Shown in pieces: positions 37,665 through 46,950 of a stretch of 64,000 nucleotides of DNA. Source of the stretch: Bacillota bacterium. Its GTDB lineage: Bacteria > Bacillota > Dehalobacteriia > UBA4068. The position numbers were made by a program, and so were the translations under genes. The DNA is taken from assembly GCA_030527285.1 (NCBI GenBank), contig JAUNBC010000002.1, positions 32,466 through 96,465 of the forward strand. Direction: 5' to 3'. Positions within the stretch are counted from its first letter, which is position 1. Every line of letters begins with the position of its first letter. The notes beneath the pieces are model-generated. The model worked only from the letters and a program-made list of their open reading frames with translations. It was not told the origin of the DNA and searched no databases.

Positions 37665-38075
37665 TTATTCTTCCTCGGCAGGCGCGGCTTCGGCCTTGGG
37701 GAAAGACACGCCCTGAATATGCACGTTGACCGCGGTGCAGGTCAAGCCGGTCATACTCTCCACCGCGTTTTTCACGTTGGCCTGCACCTTGGCCGCGACC
37801 TCGGTGATCGAAACGCCGTACTCGATGATGGAGAAAATATCAATGGTGCAGCTGCTCTCGACCACCTCGACCTTGACGCCCTTGGTCAGATTCTTGCGTC
37901 CCAGCATCTCGGCGATACCGCCGGCCACGCCGCCGCTCATGCCTGCTATGCCCGCTACTTCCGACGCGGCCAAACCGGCGATGGTCGCCACCACGTCGCT
38001 GGCGATCTTCACGCTGCCGCCGCTGCTGCCTTCCAAGGTATTCTCAACGATCTTTTCTTCGGTATCAGTACTCAT
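37665..38075 (-). CDS. Asp23/Gls24 family envelope stress protein
   Basis: 136 aa from MSTDTEEK (AGGAGG SD). VKIASDVVATIAGLAASEVAGIAGM is a typical Asp23 motif. Confidence 0.88.
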   Translation of the reverse strand: MSTDTEEKIVENTLEGSSGGSVKIASDVVATIAGLAASEVAGIAGMSGGVAGGIAEMLGRKNLTKGVKVEVVESSCTIDIFSIIEYGVSITEVAAKVQANVKNAVESMTGLTCTAVNVHIQGVSFPKAEAAPAEEE

Positions 38076-38165
38076 ATCAATTACCTCCTGACATAGATTT
38101 TCCTCCATGCTTGATAGGCAATTTGGCTCGAACCAATACGCCCGCGCAATGTCCGGAATATAATT

Positions 38166-38194
38166 ATTATACCAAACAAGCTACTTATTTACAA
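38166..38194 (-). promoter_or_regulatory. Sigma-A-type promoter for the asp23-amaP-DUF2273-nusB unit (-35 TTGTAA, 17 nt, extended -10 TGgTATAAT)
   Basis: Minus-strand TTGTAAataagtagcttgtttggTATAAT. The -35 overlaps the 3' end of spoIIIAH. Confidence 0.55.
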
Positions 38195-38747
38195 TAATAA
38201 TGTTTTGATAACCGACGCCGCATACCGAATCGACGATCTCCGCCACCTGCGCCGCCCTTCGCTCGTCGAGTTCGCCGCGCAGCATCACCGTAGCCTGCTC
38301 CTGCGTCAGCAGCACCACCGCCTCGCCGAAATCGCGCGCCGCCAGTAAATTCTCCGCCTGCATCTCCGCTTCATTGACCGCCGTCAGTTCCAGCCGTTTC
38401 TGCTCCGCTTCCTCGCGCAGCGCCGGCGACCCGCCTTCGTCGGCGATGATCTTATCCAACTGCGCCAGCTGCTCGGCGCGCGAGTCGTCCCGCGACAGCC
38501 GCGCCTCGGCAAAAAAAGCCTGCTCCGCATCCATGTCCTCCTCAGCCGGTTGCGGCAGAGTATCCGCCTCCGCGCCCGCGCCGTCCTCATCCGTAAGCTG
38601 CCCGAGGCTGTACGGCGTCGTGTCGCCGCCGCCGTTGACCTGACTGTCCCATACCACCAAGGCCGCGCATAAGACCAGAAACGCGATCACGCTGACCGTC
38701 GCCGCCGAGGGTCTTTTACCTTTGATACGCTGTAATATTTTTTTCAT
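38181..38747 (-). CDS. spoIIIAH: Stage III sporulation protein AH
   Basis: 188 aa from MKKILQRIKG. N-terminal TM, acidic linker and C-terminal domain. Last gene of the spoIIIA operon. Confidence 0.8.
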   Translation of the reverse strand: MKKILQRIKGKRPSAATVSVIAFLVLCAALVVWDSQVNGGGDTTPYSLGQLTDEDGAGAEADTLPQPAEEDMDAEQAFFAEARLSRDDSRAEQLAQLDKIIADEGGSPALREEAEQKRLELTAVNEAEMQAENLLAARDFGEAVVLLTQEQATVMLRGELDERRAAQVAEIVDSVCGVGYQNIIIVNK

Positions 38748-38761
38748 TTTCACTACCCCTT

Positions 38762-39385
38762 TCATTTTTCATTGACGTTGTCAGATTGCAGATCCTCCTC
38801 GCCCTCGAGCACCGCCACCCGATCCGCCGTCAGCTGCAGCAGGCTGCACGCCGCCGCGTACAAACGCTCGCGCACCACCGCGCTGCCCGCTCCCGAGGCG
38901 ACGATCACCACGCCCTGCACCCGCGGCTGATAGCGGTTGATCAGCAGCGGTTCGTCGGCGATCACCGCCACGCTCTCGGCGGCGGAGCTGCTGCTCTCGC
39001 TGCCTCCGTCGCCGCCGTCGCTGGCGGAGATCGTGCTGTCGATATCGGTGGCGTATACCGCCGCTCCGCTTTCGGCGAACATCAAGGCCACGGTCACCGT
39101 GCCTGCGCCCTTGACCTGCCGCAGCAGCTCCGCCAACCGCTGCTCCAGCTCGCGCTCCGCGGCGTAAACGCCGTCGGCGGCCGCCGCCTGCGCCGTTTGC
39201 GCCGCCTGCTCCGGCTGCGGCTGCGCCGTGCCGCTTTCCAGCCGGTCGGCCATCGACATCAGCAGCGCGCCGAGCAGTATTACCGCCGACAGCTTGATGA
39301 ACAGCCCCTTCTCCTTACCGCTCAGCTGCCGCCAGCGCTCGCGCCACGCCGCCGCGCCGCGAACCTTGTTCTGTCGCTCAACCAT
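38762..39385 (-). CDS. spoIIIAG: Stage III sporulation protein AG
   Basis: TM anchor plus C-terminal PRVQGVVIVASGAGSAVVRERLYAAACSLLQL motif typical of SpoIIIAG. Start at MVERQ (GGGAGTGAGGA SD) overlaps the spoIIIAF stop. Confidence 0.8.
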   Translation of the reverse strand: MVERQNKVRGAAAWRERWRQLSGKEKGLFIKLSAVILLGALLMSMADRLESGTAQPQPEQAAQTAQAAAADGVYAAERELEQRLAELLRQVKGAGTVTVALMFAESGAAVYATDIDSTISASDGGDGGSESSSSAAESVAVIADEPLLINRYQPRVQGVVIVASGAGSAVVRERLYAAACSLLQLTADRVAVLEGEEDLQSDNVNEK

Positions 39386-39908
39386 CGTCCTCACTCCCGC
39401 CCGCTTCATTTATCAGCAGCTGCTGCGCTTGCAGCCCGTAATAACCGCCGAGCTGGGCGCGCAATCGCTGCTCGGCCTGCTCGCTGTGCTCCGTCCAGCT
39501 GATATACAGCGTCAGCCGCTCGATGCTGCCGTCGCTCGCGCATACAGCCTCCGCCCGCGCCGCCGCCACGCCGTCCACGCCCAGAGCCAAGGCCGCCGCC
39601 TGAGCCGCAAGCTGCCGCTGATAATCGTCCAGCGCCTGCTCGCTCAAACTGCTGCGCAGGCGTTCGCCATCGGCGATATAGGCGGCGCTGTTATCATCGG
39701 CGTTGATGGCGGCGAACAGGCCGTCTATGCTCAGCTCCTGCTCGCTCAACAGTCCGAGCAGCGGCGTCATCACCAGCAGTATCAACAGCAGACCCATCAC
39801 CAGACGCAAGTATTTGCCCAGCTCGGAAGCCGGTATCAGCAATTCACCGATCGAGCCTAATAAAACCAAAGCCGCCATATCACGCACCAGCGTTTCCACC
39901 GTTGCCAT
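39378..39908 (-). CDS. spoIIIAF: Stage III sporulation protein AF
   Basis: 176 aa, two N-terminal TM helices. Assigned by position in the operon. Confidence 0.75.
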   Translation of the reverse strand: MATVETLVRDMAALVLLGSIGELLIPASELGKYLRLVMGLLLILLVMTPLLGLLSEQELSIDGLFAAINADDNSAAYIADGERLRSSLSEQALDDYQRQLAAQAAALALGVDGVAAARAEAVCASDGSIERLTLYISWTEHSEQAEQRLRAQLGGYYGLQAQQLLINEAGGSEDDG

Positions 39909-39911
39909 AGC

Positions 39912-41069
39912 TCACCTCATCATCATCGTGATATTGCCCGCGCCCACCACCAGCGATACGGCGAAAAAGGCGAACAGACCGCATACCGCTACTACCGCGA
40001 ATAATTGCGTGGTCGAGGCGGCGACGCCGGACAGCGCCTCGGCCAGCCCATCCTCCCCCAAAGGCTGTATCAACGCCGCGGTCAGCCGCAGCAATAATAC
40101 CTGCACCAAGATCTTGATCGCCGGCAGCGCGCAGATAAAGAGGATGATCACCGCCCCTGCCAGACCGAGCAGATTTTTCAGCACCAGCGCCGTACCGAGC
40201 ACGCTGTCCATCGCGTCAGCCAAAGAACGCCCGACCAGCGGGATAAACGCGCCGCTGGCGCTTTTGGCCGCCTTGACCGCCAGCCCGTCCATGGCCGCCG
40301 CCGCCATACCGGAGAGACTGAGAAAACCGATGAACACGGTGACGCAGATGCTGAGCAGACCCATGCCTATATCCTTGAACAGTCCGGCCAGCTTACTCAC
40401 ATTGAAGGCCGGAGACAACTGACCGGCTAATCTGAGTATCGCCGAGAAATAGATCAGCGGAAACACAACATTGGAGATCAGATTGATCAGCAGCGCCAGC
40501 GCGAACATCAAGGCCGGATTGACCGCCGCCACGGTAGCGCCGCCGCCGATCGCCGCCAGCAGCGGCAGCATCACCGGCAGCAGCACGTAGATGAAATCGG
40601 CGATCAGCAGCACCGCCTCACGCGCCGTGCTCATGGCGGTGGTGAACACCGTTACCAGCGGCACCGCCAGCAGCATATACACCACCCAGCGCGATAACTG
40701 CGCCACCTCGCGTCCGGCAAAGCTGCCTTTGAGCAGCGTCAGCAGCAGGCAAAACAGCGCCATCAGCAGCATTTGCCCGAGTATATAGCCGCTGCCCGCC
40801 GCCTCGCGGCAAAACAGACCCAGGAAGGCCGTCAGTATCATGCGAAAGTCGAGCGCGCGCTCCCCGTCCATGAATTGCCGCCACAGGCTGCTGAGGCTGA
40901 AGCCCTCGATATACGCGCCCATCGCCTCGTCCAAAGCCTCGATCTCCGCCGACAGCTGCGCCGATTCCAGAAGCTGCCGGTATTCGCCGTCCGCGCCGCC
41001 CTCCGCCGCCCACGCCGGCGACGGCCATAGCAGCAGCAATACCGCAAGCAGCAGCGCCGCCCGCCGCAT
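39912..41069 (-). CDS. spoIIIAE: Stage III sporulation protein AE
   Basis: 385 aa from MRRAALLLAVLLLLWPSPAWA (signal peptide), then a polytopic membrane domain. TGATG overlap with spoIIIAD. The track start at 41192 is over-extended. Confidence 0.85.
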   Translation of the reverse strand: MRRAALLLAVLLLLWPSPAWAAEGGADGEYRQLLESAQLSAEIEALDEAMGAYIEGFSLSSLWRQFMDGERALDFRMILTAFLGLFCREAAGSGYILGQMLLMALFCLLLTLLKGSFAGREVAQLSRWVVYMLLAVPLVTVFTTAMSTAREAVLLIADFIYVLLPVMLPLLAAIGGGATVAAVNPALMFALALLINLISNVVFPLIYFSAILRLAGQLSPAFNVSKLAGLFKDIGMGLLSICVTVFIGFLSLSGMAAAAMDGLAVKAAKSASGAFIPLVGRSLADAMDSVLGTALVLKNLLGLAGAVIILFICALPAIKILVQVLLLRLTAALIQPLGEDGLAEALSGVAASTTQLFAVVAVCGLFAFFAVSLVVGAGNITMMMR

Positions 41070-41458
41070 CACAGCAACCCCAGCATCAGCTCGATGATCG
41101 CGGCGATGATCGGCAGCGCCAGACCCATGATCGCTACCTTGGCGGCAAACTCGATCTTCAGCGCCGCCGCTCCCTGCGCCGCGTCGCGGCATAGCTGCGC
41201 GCCGAACTCGGCGATATAGGCTACGCCGATGATCTTCAGGATCAGCGTCAGATAATGATTGTTGACGCCGGCCAGCTCACCGATGCTGACGAAGCCGCCG
41301 ATCAGCTCGCCTAACGCGGGGAAGAGGCGAATGAAGATCAGCGCGCCCGCTGCCAATACCAGCAGCAGAGCCAGCGCCGGAGCGCGGCTGTCCTTGAGAA
41401 AGATGGCGGCCGCGGCGGCGATCACGGCAATGGCGATCAGCGGAAATATATCAGTCAT
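41069..41458 (-). CDS. spoIIIAD: Stage III sporulation protein AD
   Basis: 129 aa from MTDIFPLIAIAVIAAAAA, 4-TM small membrane protein. Overlaps the spoIIIAC stop by 8 nt. Confidence 0.85.
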   Translation of the reverse strand: MTDIFPLIAIAVIAAAAAIFLKDSRAPALALLLVLAAGALIFIRLFPALGELIGGFVSIGELAGVNNHYLTLILKIIGVAYIAEFGAQLCRDAAQGAAALKIEFAAKVAIMGLALPIIAAIIELMLGLL

Positions 41459-41654
41459 AGAGCATGAATACCGCCTCCACTCCGGCAAACAACTCCTGTA
41501 TCACCGGCAGTACTTTAAGCAGGCCGATAGCCAGTCCCACCACCAAGGCCAAATACGCGTACTCGTCGCGTCCAGCCTGTTTGAGGAAGGTATGCAATAT
41601 CGTCACCGCTATTGCCAGCGCCATCAGGAAAAAGATGATCGAAACATCAGCCAT
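41451..41654 (-). CDS. spoIIIAC: Stage III sporulation protein AC
   Basis: 67 aa, two TM helices, MADVSIIFFLMALAIAVTILHTFLKQAGRDEYA. Confidence 0.85.
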   Translation of the reverse strand: MADVSIIFFLMALAIAVTILHTFLKQAGRDEYAYLALVVGLAIGLLKVLPVIQELFAGVEAVFMLYD

Positions 41655-41704
41655 ATGCTCCTCCCGCCCTCGCCCCGCGAAGGCTGCACGCGCCTGATAC
41701 GGCG

Positions 41705-42211
41705 CTACGCTAACAGCAATACCAGCACCGAGCCTATCGCCCAGCCCATCGAACGCCAGATCTTACCCAGCCGCTGCTCCTCCTCGGCTGCCTGCCGCTC
41801 CGCCGCCGCCACGCGCTCGCGCAGCAGCGCCACCTGACTCAATTGCCCGTCGCCGTCGCTGTGGCCAAAGCCCGCCGCCAGCGCCGTCAGCAATTGCCTG
41901 TCCCGCTGTTGCAGCTCGCTTTGCTCCAAAGCCAGCAGCCATGCTTCACCGGCGGTCAGCCCGTCTTGCCGCTGTAAATGCCCGGCGGCAGCGGCGAACA
42001 GCCCGCCTGCCGTATCCGCCGCCTGCGCCGCCTCGGCCAAAGCCTGCGGCAGCGGCGCGGCGGTATAGGATATCTGCTGCTCCAAGCTCAGCAGGCCGCC
42101 CTGCAAACCGGCTAATTGACGGCGGCGGGATGAGAATTGCGCGGCCTTGCAGCGGCCCAAAGCCACAGCGGACACGATCACGCACAGCGCGCCCAACAGC
42201 TTGATCAGCAT
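41705..42211 (-). CDS. spoIIIAB: Stage III sporulation protein AB
   Basis: 168 aa with terminal TM helices and a helical middle (GspF-like). Overlaps the spoIIIAA stop. Confidence 0.8.
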   Translation of the reverse strand: MLIKLLGALCVIVSAVALGRCKAAQFSSRRRQLAGLQGGLLSLEQQISYTAAPLPQALAEAAQAADTAGGLFAAAAGHLQRQDGLTAGEAWLLALEQSELQQRDRQLLTALAAGFGHSDGDGQLSQVALLRERVAAAERQAAEEEQRLGKIWRSMGWAIGSVLVLLLA

Positions 42212-43125
42212 AGCTGCCGCCCCTGTCCGTCATATACCGCCTCCAGCGTGCCCGGGCCGCTGCGCCGCGACAATATCAGCAGCCGCTCGAAGCAGCCCTC
42301 CTCAAGTATCGAACGCAGCAGCGGACGGCGGCGCAATTCGGCCGCCGACGCGCCGTGAGCGCTGGCGATCACCCGTACTCCGGCATTGGCGGCGTCGCGC
42401 AGCGCCTCCGCATCGGCGACTCCGCCCAGCTCGTCGCAGATCAGCAGCTGCGGGCTCATCGAACGCAGCAGCAACGCTATACCTTCGCCCTTAGGCGCGC
42501 CGTCCAGCACATCGGCGCGCAGCCCCAGCGGCAGCGCGGCCACGCCGCCGCGGGTCGCCGCCAGCTCCGAGCGCTCATCGACCACGCCTACGCGCAGCGG
42601 CGGTACTCCGTCGCCATCGGCAAAGATGCGCGCGATATCGCGCAGCAGCGTCGTTTTTCCGGCTTGCGGCGGCGAGATCAGCAGGCTTTGCCGCGGCGCG
42701 CCGGCCTCGTCGCATAGATGCGGCAGCAGCGGCGCGGCCACGCCGCTCAGATGGCGGGCGATGCGAATATTGATCGAGGATATCTCCTTGAGCGCGCGTA
42801 TCGCGCCCCGCTCAAGCACCGCGCGCCCGCTAAGACCGACGCGATGCCCGCCCGGCAGCGTGATATAGCCGCGGCGAAGCTGCTCGTCGAAGGCGTACAG
42901 CGAGCTTTCGGCCAGCAGCAGCAGCGTTTTGTGCAGCTCGGCGGAGCTGACCGTGTATTCGGACAGCAAGCGCTCTCCCTGATGCAGACGCAGCAGCGGC
43001 GGCTGCTGGCTTTTGAGCCGTATCTCCTCTAATTCCGCCCAGACTTCATCATCCAGCCCGCCCAGCAGCTGCCGCAGCAACGGCGGCAAATAGGGCAATA
43101 TCTGTGTCAGCGCTTGCTCGGACAT
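42205..43125 (-). CDS. spoIIIAA: Stage III sporulation protein AA (secretion-type ATPase)
   Basis: 306 aa from MSEQALTQILPYLP. Walker A SPPQAGKTTLLRD and Walker B LLICDELG. GGGAGG SD. Confidence 0.88.
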   Translation of the reverse strand: MSEQALTQILPYLPPLLRQLLGGLDDEVWAELEEIRLKSQQPPLLRLHQGERLLSEYTVSSAELHKTLLLLAESSLYAFDEQLRRGYITLPGGHRVGLSGRAVLERGAIRALKEISSINIRIARHLSGVAAPLLPHLCDEAGAPRQSLLISPPQAGKTTLLRDIARIFADGDGVPPLRVGVVDERSELAATRGGVAALPLGLRADVLDGAPKGEGIALLLRSMSPQLLICDELGGVADAEALRDAANAGVRVIASAHGASAAELRRRPLLRSILEEGCFERLLILSRRSGPGTLEAVYDGQGRQLC

Positions 43126-43197
43126 AAGCAAAAACCGCCTCCCGCGAGTAAGATAGAGATACATAATCATACTCGGACAAGGCGGCGCTTAGAACAT

Positions 43198-43233
43198 AAA
43201 AAAAGAGCCTTGAGACATCAGGCCTCAAGGCTC
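43198..43233 (-). terminator. Rho-independent terminator after the acidic zinc-ribbon gene
   Basis: Perfect 10-bp stem GAGCCTTGAG/CTCAAGGCTC followed on the minus strand by TTTTTTTAT. Confidence 0.85.
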
Positions 43234-43264
43234 CGTATCGCGTATTACGCGCGAACGACGCGCT

Positions 43265-43699
43265 TTATTTTTCGTCTTCGCAGCCGCAGCCGCAGCCGTC
43301 TGCTTCGCCGTCTTCTTCGTCGTCTTCATCGCCGTTGACGAATACCACCGCTTCGCATACCGGACAGGTGACCTCGATCAAATCCTCGTCATAAAGTATC
43401 GCTTCGTCAAAGCAGACCATTTCATGGCAATTGGGGCATTCCACTTCTACATAGCCGTCATCCTCGTCGCCCTCCTCATCGCCATAGAAGTCCTCCTCCA
43501 GATCGGTAAGATCGGAGTCGATGCTCTCCATATAGTCCTCGATATCTGTCAGATCCTCGCGCATATAGGACAGGTATTCGGCTATATCCTCAAGCACTTC
43601 CAGCATTTCGGAGATCAGCTTGCCTTCCTTGGACTCCTCAAGCTCCATACCGTCGGCCAGTCCCTGTAAATAAGCAACCTTTTGTTCCAGATCCTTCAT
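43265..43699 (-). CDS. Highly acidic zinc-ribbon protein with C-terminal CGCGC motif (function unknown)
   Basis: 144 aa. Helical acidic N-terminal half, CPNC...CPVC zinc ribbon, tail DGCGCGCEDEK. AGGGGG SD. Confidence 0.7.
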   Translation of the reverse strand: MKDLEQKVAYLQGLADGMELEESKEGKLISEMLEVLEDIAEYLSYMREDLTDIEDYMESIDSDLTDLEEDFYGDEEGDEDDGYVEVECPNCHEMVCFDEAILYDEDLIEVTCPVCEAVVFVNGDEDDEEDGEADGCGCGCEDEK

Positions 43700-43769
43700 G
43701 GAAAAGCCCCCTTTCGATTTGTAATCCGTTTTAGTATGTCAAATATGGCGCAATAATCACTAACAAAAA

Positions 43770-44327
43770 TTAGCAGCGTTCAATATACTCGCCGTTCTTG
43801 GTATTGACGCGAATGCGGTCGCCGGCATTGATGAAGAAGGGTACGCGCACTACCGCGCCGGTTTGCAGCGTGGCCGGCTTGTTGCCGCCGGAGGCCGTGT
43901 CGCCCTTGATGCCCGGCTCGGTCTCGATAACTTCCAGCTCTACCTGCCCGGGCAGGTCTACCCCCAATATATCGCCCTTATACAGCAATATCGACACATT
44001 CATATTCTCGATCAACCAGTTTTTACCGTCGGCGATCTGCTCGTCGGTGAGCAAGCTCTGCTCATAATTTTCATTGTCCATGAACACATAATAAGTGCCG
44101 TCATGATAGAGATACTGCATCTCCCGACGGTCAAGATGCGCCTTGGGCAGCTTCTCTCCGGCGTTGAAGGTGCGCTCAATAGTGGCGCCGGTGCGCGTAT
44201 TACGCATCTTGGCGCGGACGAAGGCCGAGCCTTTGCCGGGCTTGACATGCTGGAAATCAACTACGACGTAAGCGTCGCCGTCAAGCTCAACGGATAAACC
44301 GGTCTTAAAATCGTTGGTAGATATCAT
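43770..44327 (-). CDS. efp: Translation elongation factor P
   Basis: 185 aa from [45 protein letters not shown]. Confidence 0.95.
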   Translation of the reverse strand: MISTNDFKTGLSVELDGDAYVVVDFQHVKPGKGSAFVRAKMRNTRTGATIERTFNAGEKLPKAHLDRREMQYLYHDGTYYVFMDNENYEQSLLTDEQIADGKNWLIENMNVSILLYKGDILGVDLPGQVELEVIETEPGIKGDTASGGNKPATLQTGAVVRVPFFINAGDRIRVNTKNGEYIERC

Positions 44328-44414
44328 CGGGAACCTCCGCAAGATTTGTTCGATTGTAACATTATAATTATAGCATATAAGACAGGTATTGCCAAATAGT
44401 TTTTACATAAACAG

Positions 44415-44440
44415 AATAAAAAAGAGGGCTACGCCCTCTT
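44415..44440 (-). terminator. Rho-independent terminator after rplS
   Basis: AGAGGGC-TAC-GCCCTCT stem, followed on the minus strand by TTTTTTAT. Confidence 0.8.
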
Positions 44441-44443
44441 TTA

Positions 44444-44797
44444 TTATTTGTTGCGTCTGACTTCTTTGATCCTCGCGGCTTTACCGGTAAGGTTGCGCAG
44501 ATAATAGAGCTTAGCGCGGCGAACTTTACCATGACGCTTGACGACGATCTTCTCGATGCGCGGAGAATGGATGGGGAACGTTCTCTCCACGCCCACGCCA
44601 TAAGCGACGCGGCGCACGGTAACGGTCTCGCGAATGCCGCCGCCCTGTAATTTGATGACAACGCCTTCGAATACCTGAATGCGCTCGCGGGCTCCTTCTA
44701 CGACCTTGACGTGTACCTGTACGGTATCGCCCGGGCGTAATTCCGGCAGATCGTTTTTCAGCTGTTCCTGCTCGAGCATATCAATGATATTGGCCAT
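44444..44797 (-). CDS. rplS: 50S ribosomal protein L19
   Basis: 117 aa from [44 protein letters not shown]. The track start at 44869 is over-extended. Confidence 0.95.
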   Translation of the reverse strand: MANIIDMLEQEQLKNDLPELRPGDTVQVHVKVVEGARERIQVFEGVVIKLQGGGIRETVTVRRVAYGVGVERTFPIHSPRIEKIVVKRHGKVRRAKLYYLRNLTGKAARIKEVRRNK

Positions 44798-44876
44798 TTG
44801 CTTCCTCCCTCTTCGACAACCGTTCATTCCCGCGTAAAACCCGGCAGAGGACCGGCTCATAATACACACGCAAGCT

Positions 44877-44905
44877 ATTGTATCACAGGGTTGTGCCTAA
44901 TGCAA
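44877..44905 (-). promoter_or_regulatory. Sigma-A-type promoter for rplS (-35 TTGCAT, 17 nt, -10 TACAAT)
   Basis: Minus-strand TTGCATtaggcacaaccctgtgaTACAAT. It leaves a ~75-nt leader containing a CCGG...CCGG hairpin. Confidence 0.55.
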
Positions 44906-44925
44906 GCGTTTTTTCATTTTTCTTC

Positions 44926-44966
44926 CGCAAAACTGGGGCGCGTTCATAGCGGACGCGCCCCAAGTT
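44926..44966 (-). terminator. Rho-independent terminator after PEPCK
   Basis: TGGGGCGCG / CGCGCCCCA 9-bp stem followed on the minus strand by GTTTTGCGG. Confidence 0.65.
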
Positions 44967-44989
44967 TGACCATAAATAAACGCTTGGGA

Positions 44990-46780
44990 TTACTTCTTCA
45001 GCCGCGCTTCCATATCATCCAACTCCTTACGCAGCTCGGTGGGGATGGTATCGCCGATCTTGGCATAGAACTCGCGGATATTGCCGATATCGGCCAGCCA
45101 ATGCTCGGTCTCTACGGTGAGAATATTGCGCAGATCGTCGATGCCGAATTTATGGCCTTCGCTGATCTGATAATCCAGGCCTTCGAGGTTGATATCCTCG
45201 GCCTTGGGGATATAGCCGATCGCCGTTTCGTCGGCGTCCACTTCGCCGGCGCAGCGCGCCAGTATCCATTCGAGGATGCGGAAGTTATCGCCGAAGCCCG
45301 GCCACATGAAATTACCCTCGTCATCGAGGCGGAACCAGTTGACGTTAAAGATCTTGGGCAGCTTGTCAGCGGCAGTTTTCTTGCCCATATCCAGCCAATG
45401 CTGAAAATAATCGCCCATGTTATAGCCGCAGAAAGGCAGCATCGCCATCGGGTCGCGGCGCACGACGCCGACCGCGCCGGAAGCGGCGGCGGTAGTCTCG
45501 GAGGCCATGATCGAGCCGACGAATACGCCGTGATCCCAGTCGCGCGATTGATATACCAGCGGCGCGGTCTTGGCGCGGCGGCCGCCGAAGATGATCGCCG
45601 ACAGCGGCACGCCGTCGGGATTCTCCCATTCGGGCGAGATGCAGGGGCAGTTGGCAGCCGGCGCGGTAAAGCGGGAATTGGCATGTGCGCCCTTTTCGCC
45701 GGAAGCCGGATCCCAGGGCTCGCCTTTCCAGTTCTCGACGCCGGTGGGCGGATTCTTATCCAGACCTTCCCACCATACGGTACCGTCCTTTTTGAGCACC
45801 ACGTTGGTGAAAATAGTATTCTTGCGCGTCGAAGCCAGCGCATTGGGGTTGGACTTCTCATTGGTGCCGGGAGCCACGCCGAAGAAGCCGGCCTCGGGAT
45901 TTTGCGCGTACATACGGCCGTCAGCGCCGTATTTGATCCAGGCGATATCGTCGCCGACAGTCCATACGCGATAGCCCTTACGCAGATAGCCCTCCGGCGG
46001 GATCAGCATCGCCAGATTGGTTTTGCCGCAGGCGGAGGGGAAGGCGGCGGCCACGTATTTGACCTCGCCCTTGGGATTCTCGATACCCAGTATCAGCATA
46101 TGCTCGGCCATCCAGCCCTCTTTCCAGCCCTGATAGGAGGCAATGCGCAGGGCGAAGCACTTTTTGCCCAGCAGTACGTTGCCGCCATAACCGGAGTTGC
46201 AGGAGATAATGGCGTTATCTTCGGGGAATTGCATGATATAGCGCTTTTCTTCGTCGATATCACATTTAGCATGCAGGCCGCGTACCACGTCATTGCTGTC
46301 GCCCAGAGCTTCCAGCACCTTTTCGCCGACGCGGGTCATGATCGCCATATTCAGCACCACATAGATGCTGTCGGTGATCTCGATGCCGACCTTGGAGAAG
46401 GGCGAGCCGACTACGCCCATGGAGAACGGTATCACATACATGACGCGGCCCTTCATCGAGCCTTCCATGATGCCGCGGGTCAAGGCATAGGCCTCGTCGG
46501 GTTTCATCCAGTTATTGGTGGGACCGGCATTGATCTTCTCCGAGGTGCAGATGAAGGTACGCGCCTCGACGCGCGCCACGTCGTTGGCCTTGGTGCGGTG
46601 ATAATAGCAACCGGGGAGCTTCTGCTCATTGAGCTTGATCATTTCGCCGCTGGCGCAGGCCTCGGCGCGCAAGGCCTCCAGCTGCTCCTCAGAGCCGTCG
46701 ATCCATACCACCTTTTGCGGTTTGGTCAATAAAACCGCTTCCTCGACAAACTTGTTGACTTTCTCATTCTTGCATAGCAT
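44990..46780 (-). CDS. pckG: Phosphoenolpyruvate carboxykinase (GTP)
   Basis: 596 aa. Collinear with GTP-PEPCK (YVAAAFPSACGKTNLAML kinase-1a motif, FGGRR). GGAGGG SD. Confidence 0.93.
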   Translation of the reverse strand: MLCKNEKVNKFVEEAVLLTKPQKVVWIDGSEEQLEALRAEACASGEMIKLNEQKLPGCYYHRTKANDVARVEARTFICTSEKINAGPTNNWMKPDEAYALTRGIMEGSMKGRVMYVIPFSMGVVGSPFSKVGIEITDSIYVVLNMAIMTRVGEKVLEALGDSNDVVRGLHAKCDIDEEKRYIMQFPEDNAIISCNSGYGGNVLLGKKCFALRIASYQGWKEGWMAEHMLILGIENPKGEVKYVAAAFPSACGKTNLAMLIPPEGYLRKGYRVWTVGDDIAWIKYGADGRMYAQNPEAGFFGVAPGTNEKSNPNALASTRKNTIFTNVVLKKDGTVWWEGLDKNPPTGVENWKGEPWDPASGEKGAHANSRFTAPAANCPCISPEWENPDGVPLSAIIFGGRRAKTAPLVYQSRDWDHGVFVGSIMASETTAAASGAVGVVRRDPMAMLPFCGYNMGDYFQHWLDMGKKTAADKLPKIFNVNWFRLDDEGNFMWPGFGDNFRILEWILARCAGEVDADETAIGYIPKAEDINLEGLDYQISEGHKFGIDDLRNILTVETEHWLADIGNIREFYAKIGDTIPTELRKELDDMEARLKK

Positions 46781-46950
46781 AAACAGCCCTCCAAATTATT
46801 AGTACGTGCTATGATGAATATATTACCATACCTGATATAACCTTAATATTATACCCCGTTCGCCGATAACCCTTTTTTGGGTGCAATAACTAAATATTCT
46901 GATAATTTATCCTAAAAAATGACCCGCCCGCGCCTTTACCTGCTGTTGCT

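Noticed and set aside
44798-46732. 644-aa plus-strand ORF, the longest ORF in the track.
   Set aside because: It lies exactly antisense to a full-length, clearly homologous GTP-PEPCK. It is a low-complexity Gly/Ala/His/Asp-rich translation with no SD. This is a typical stop-poor antisense frame in GC-rich coding DNA.
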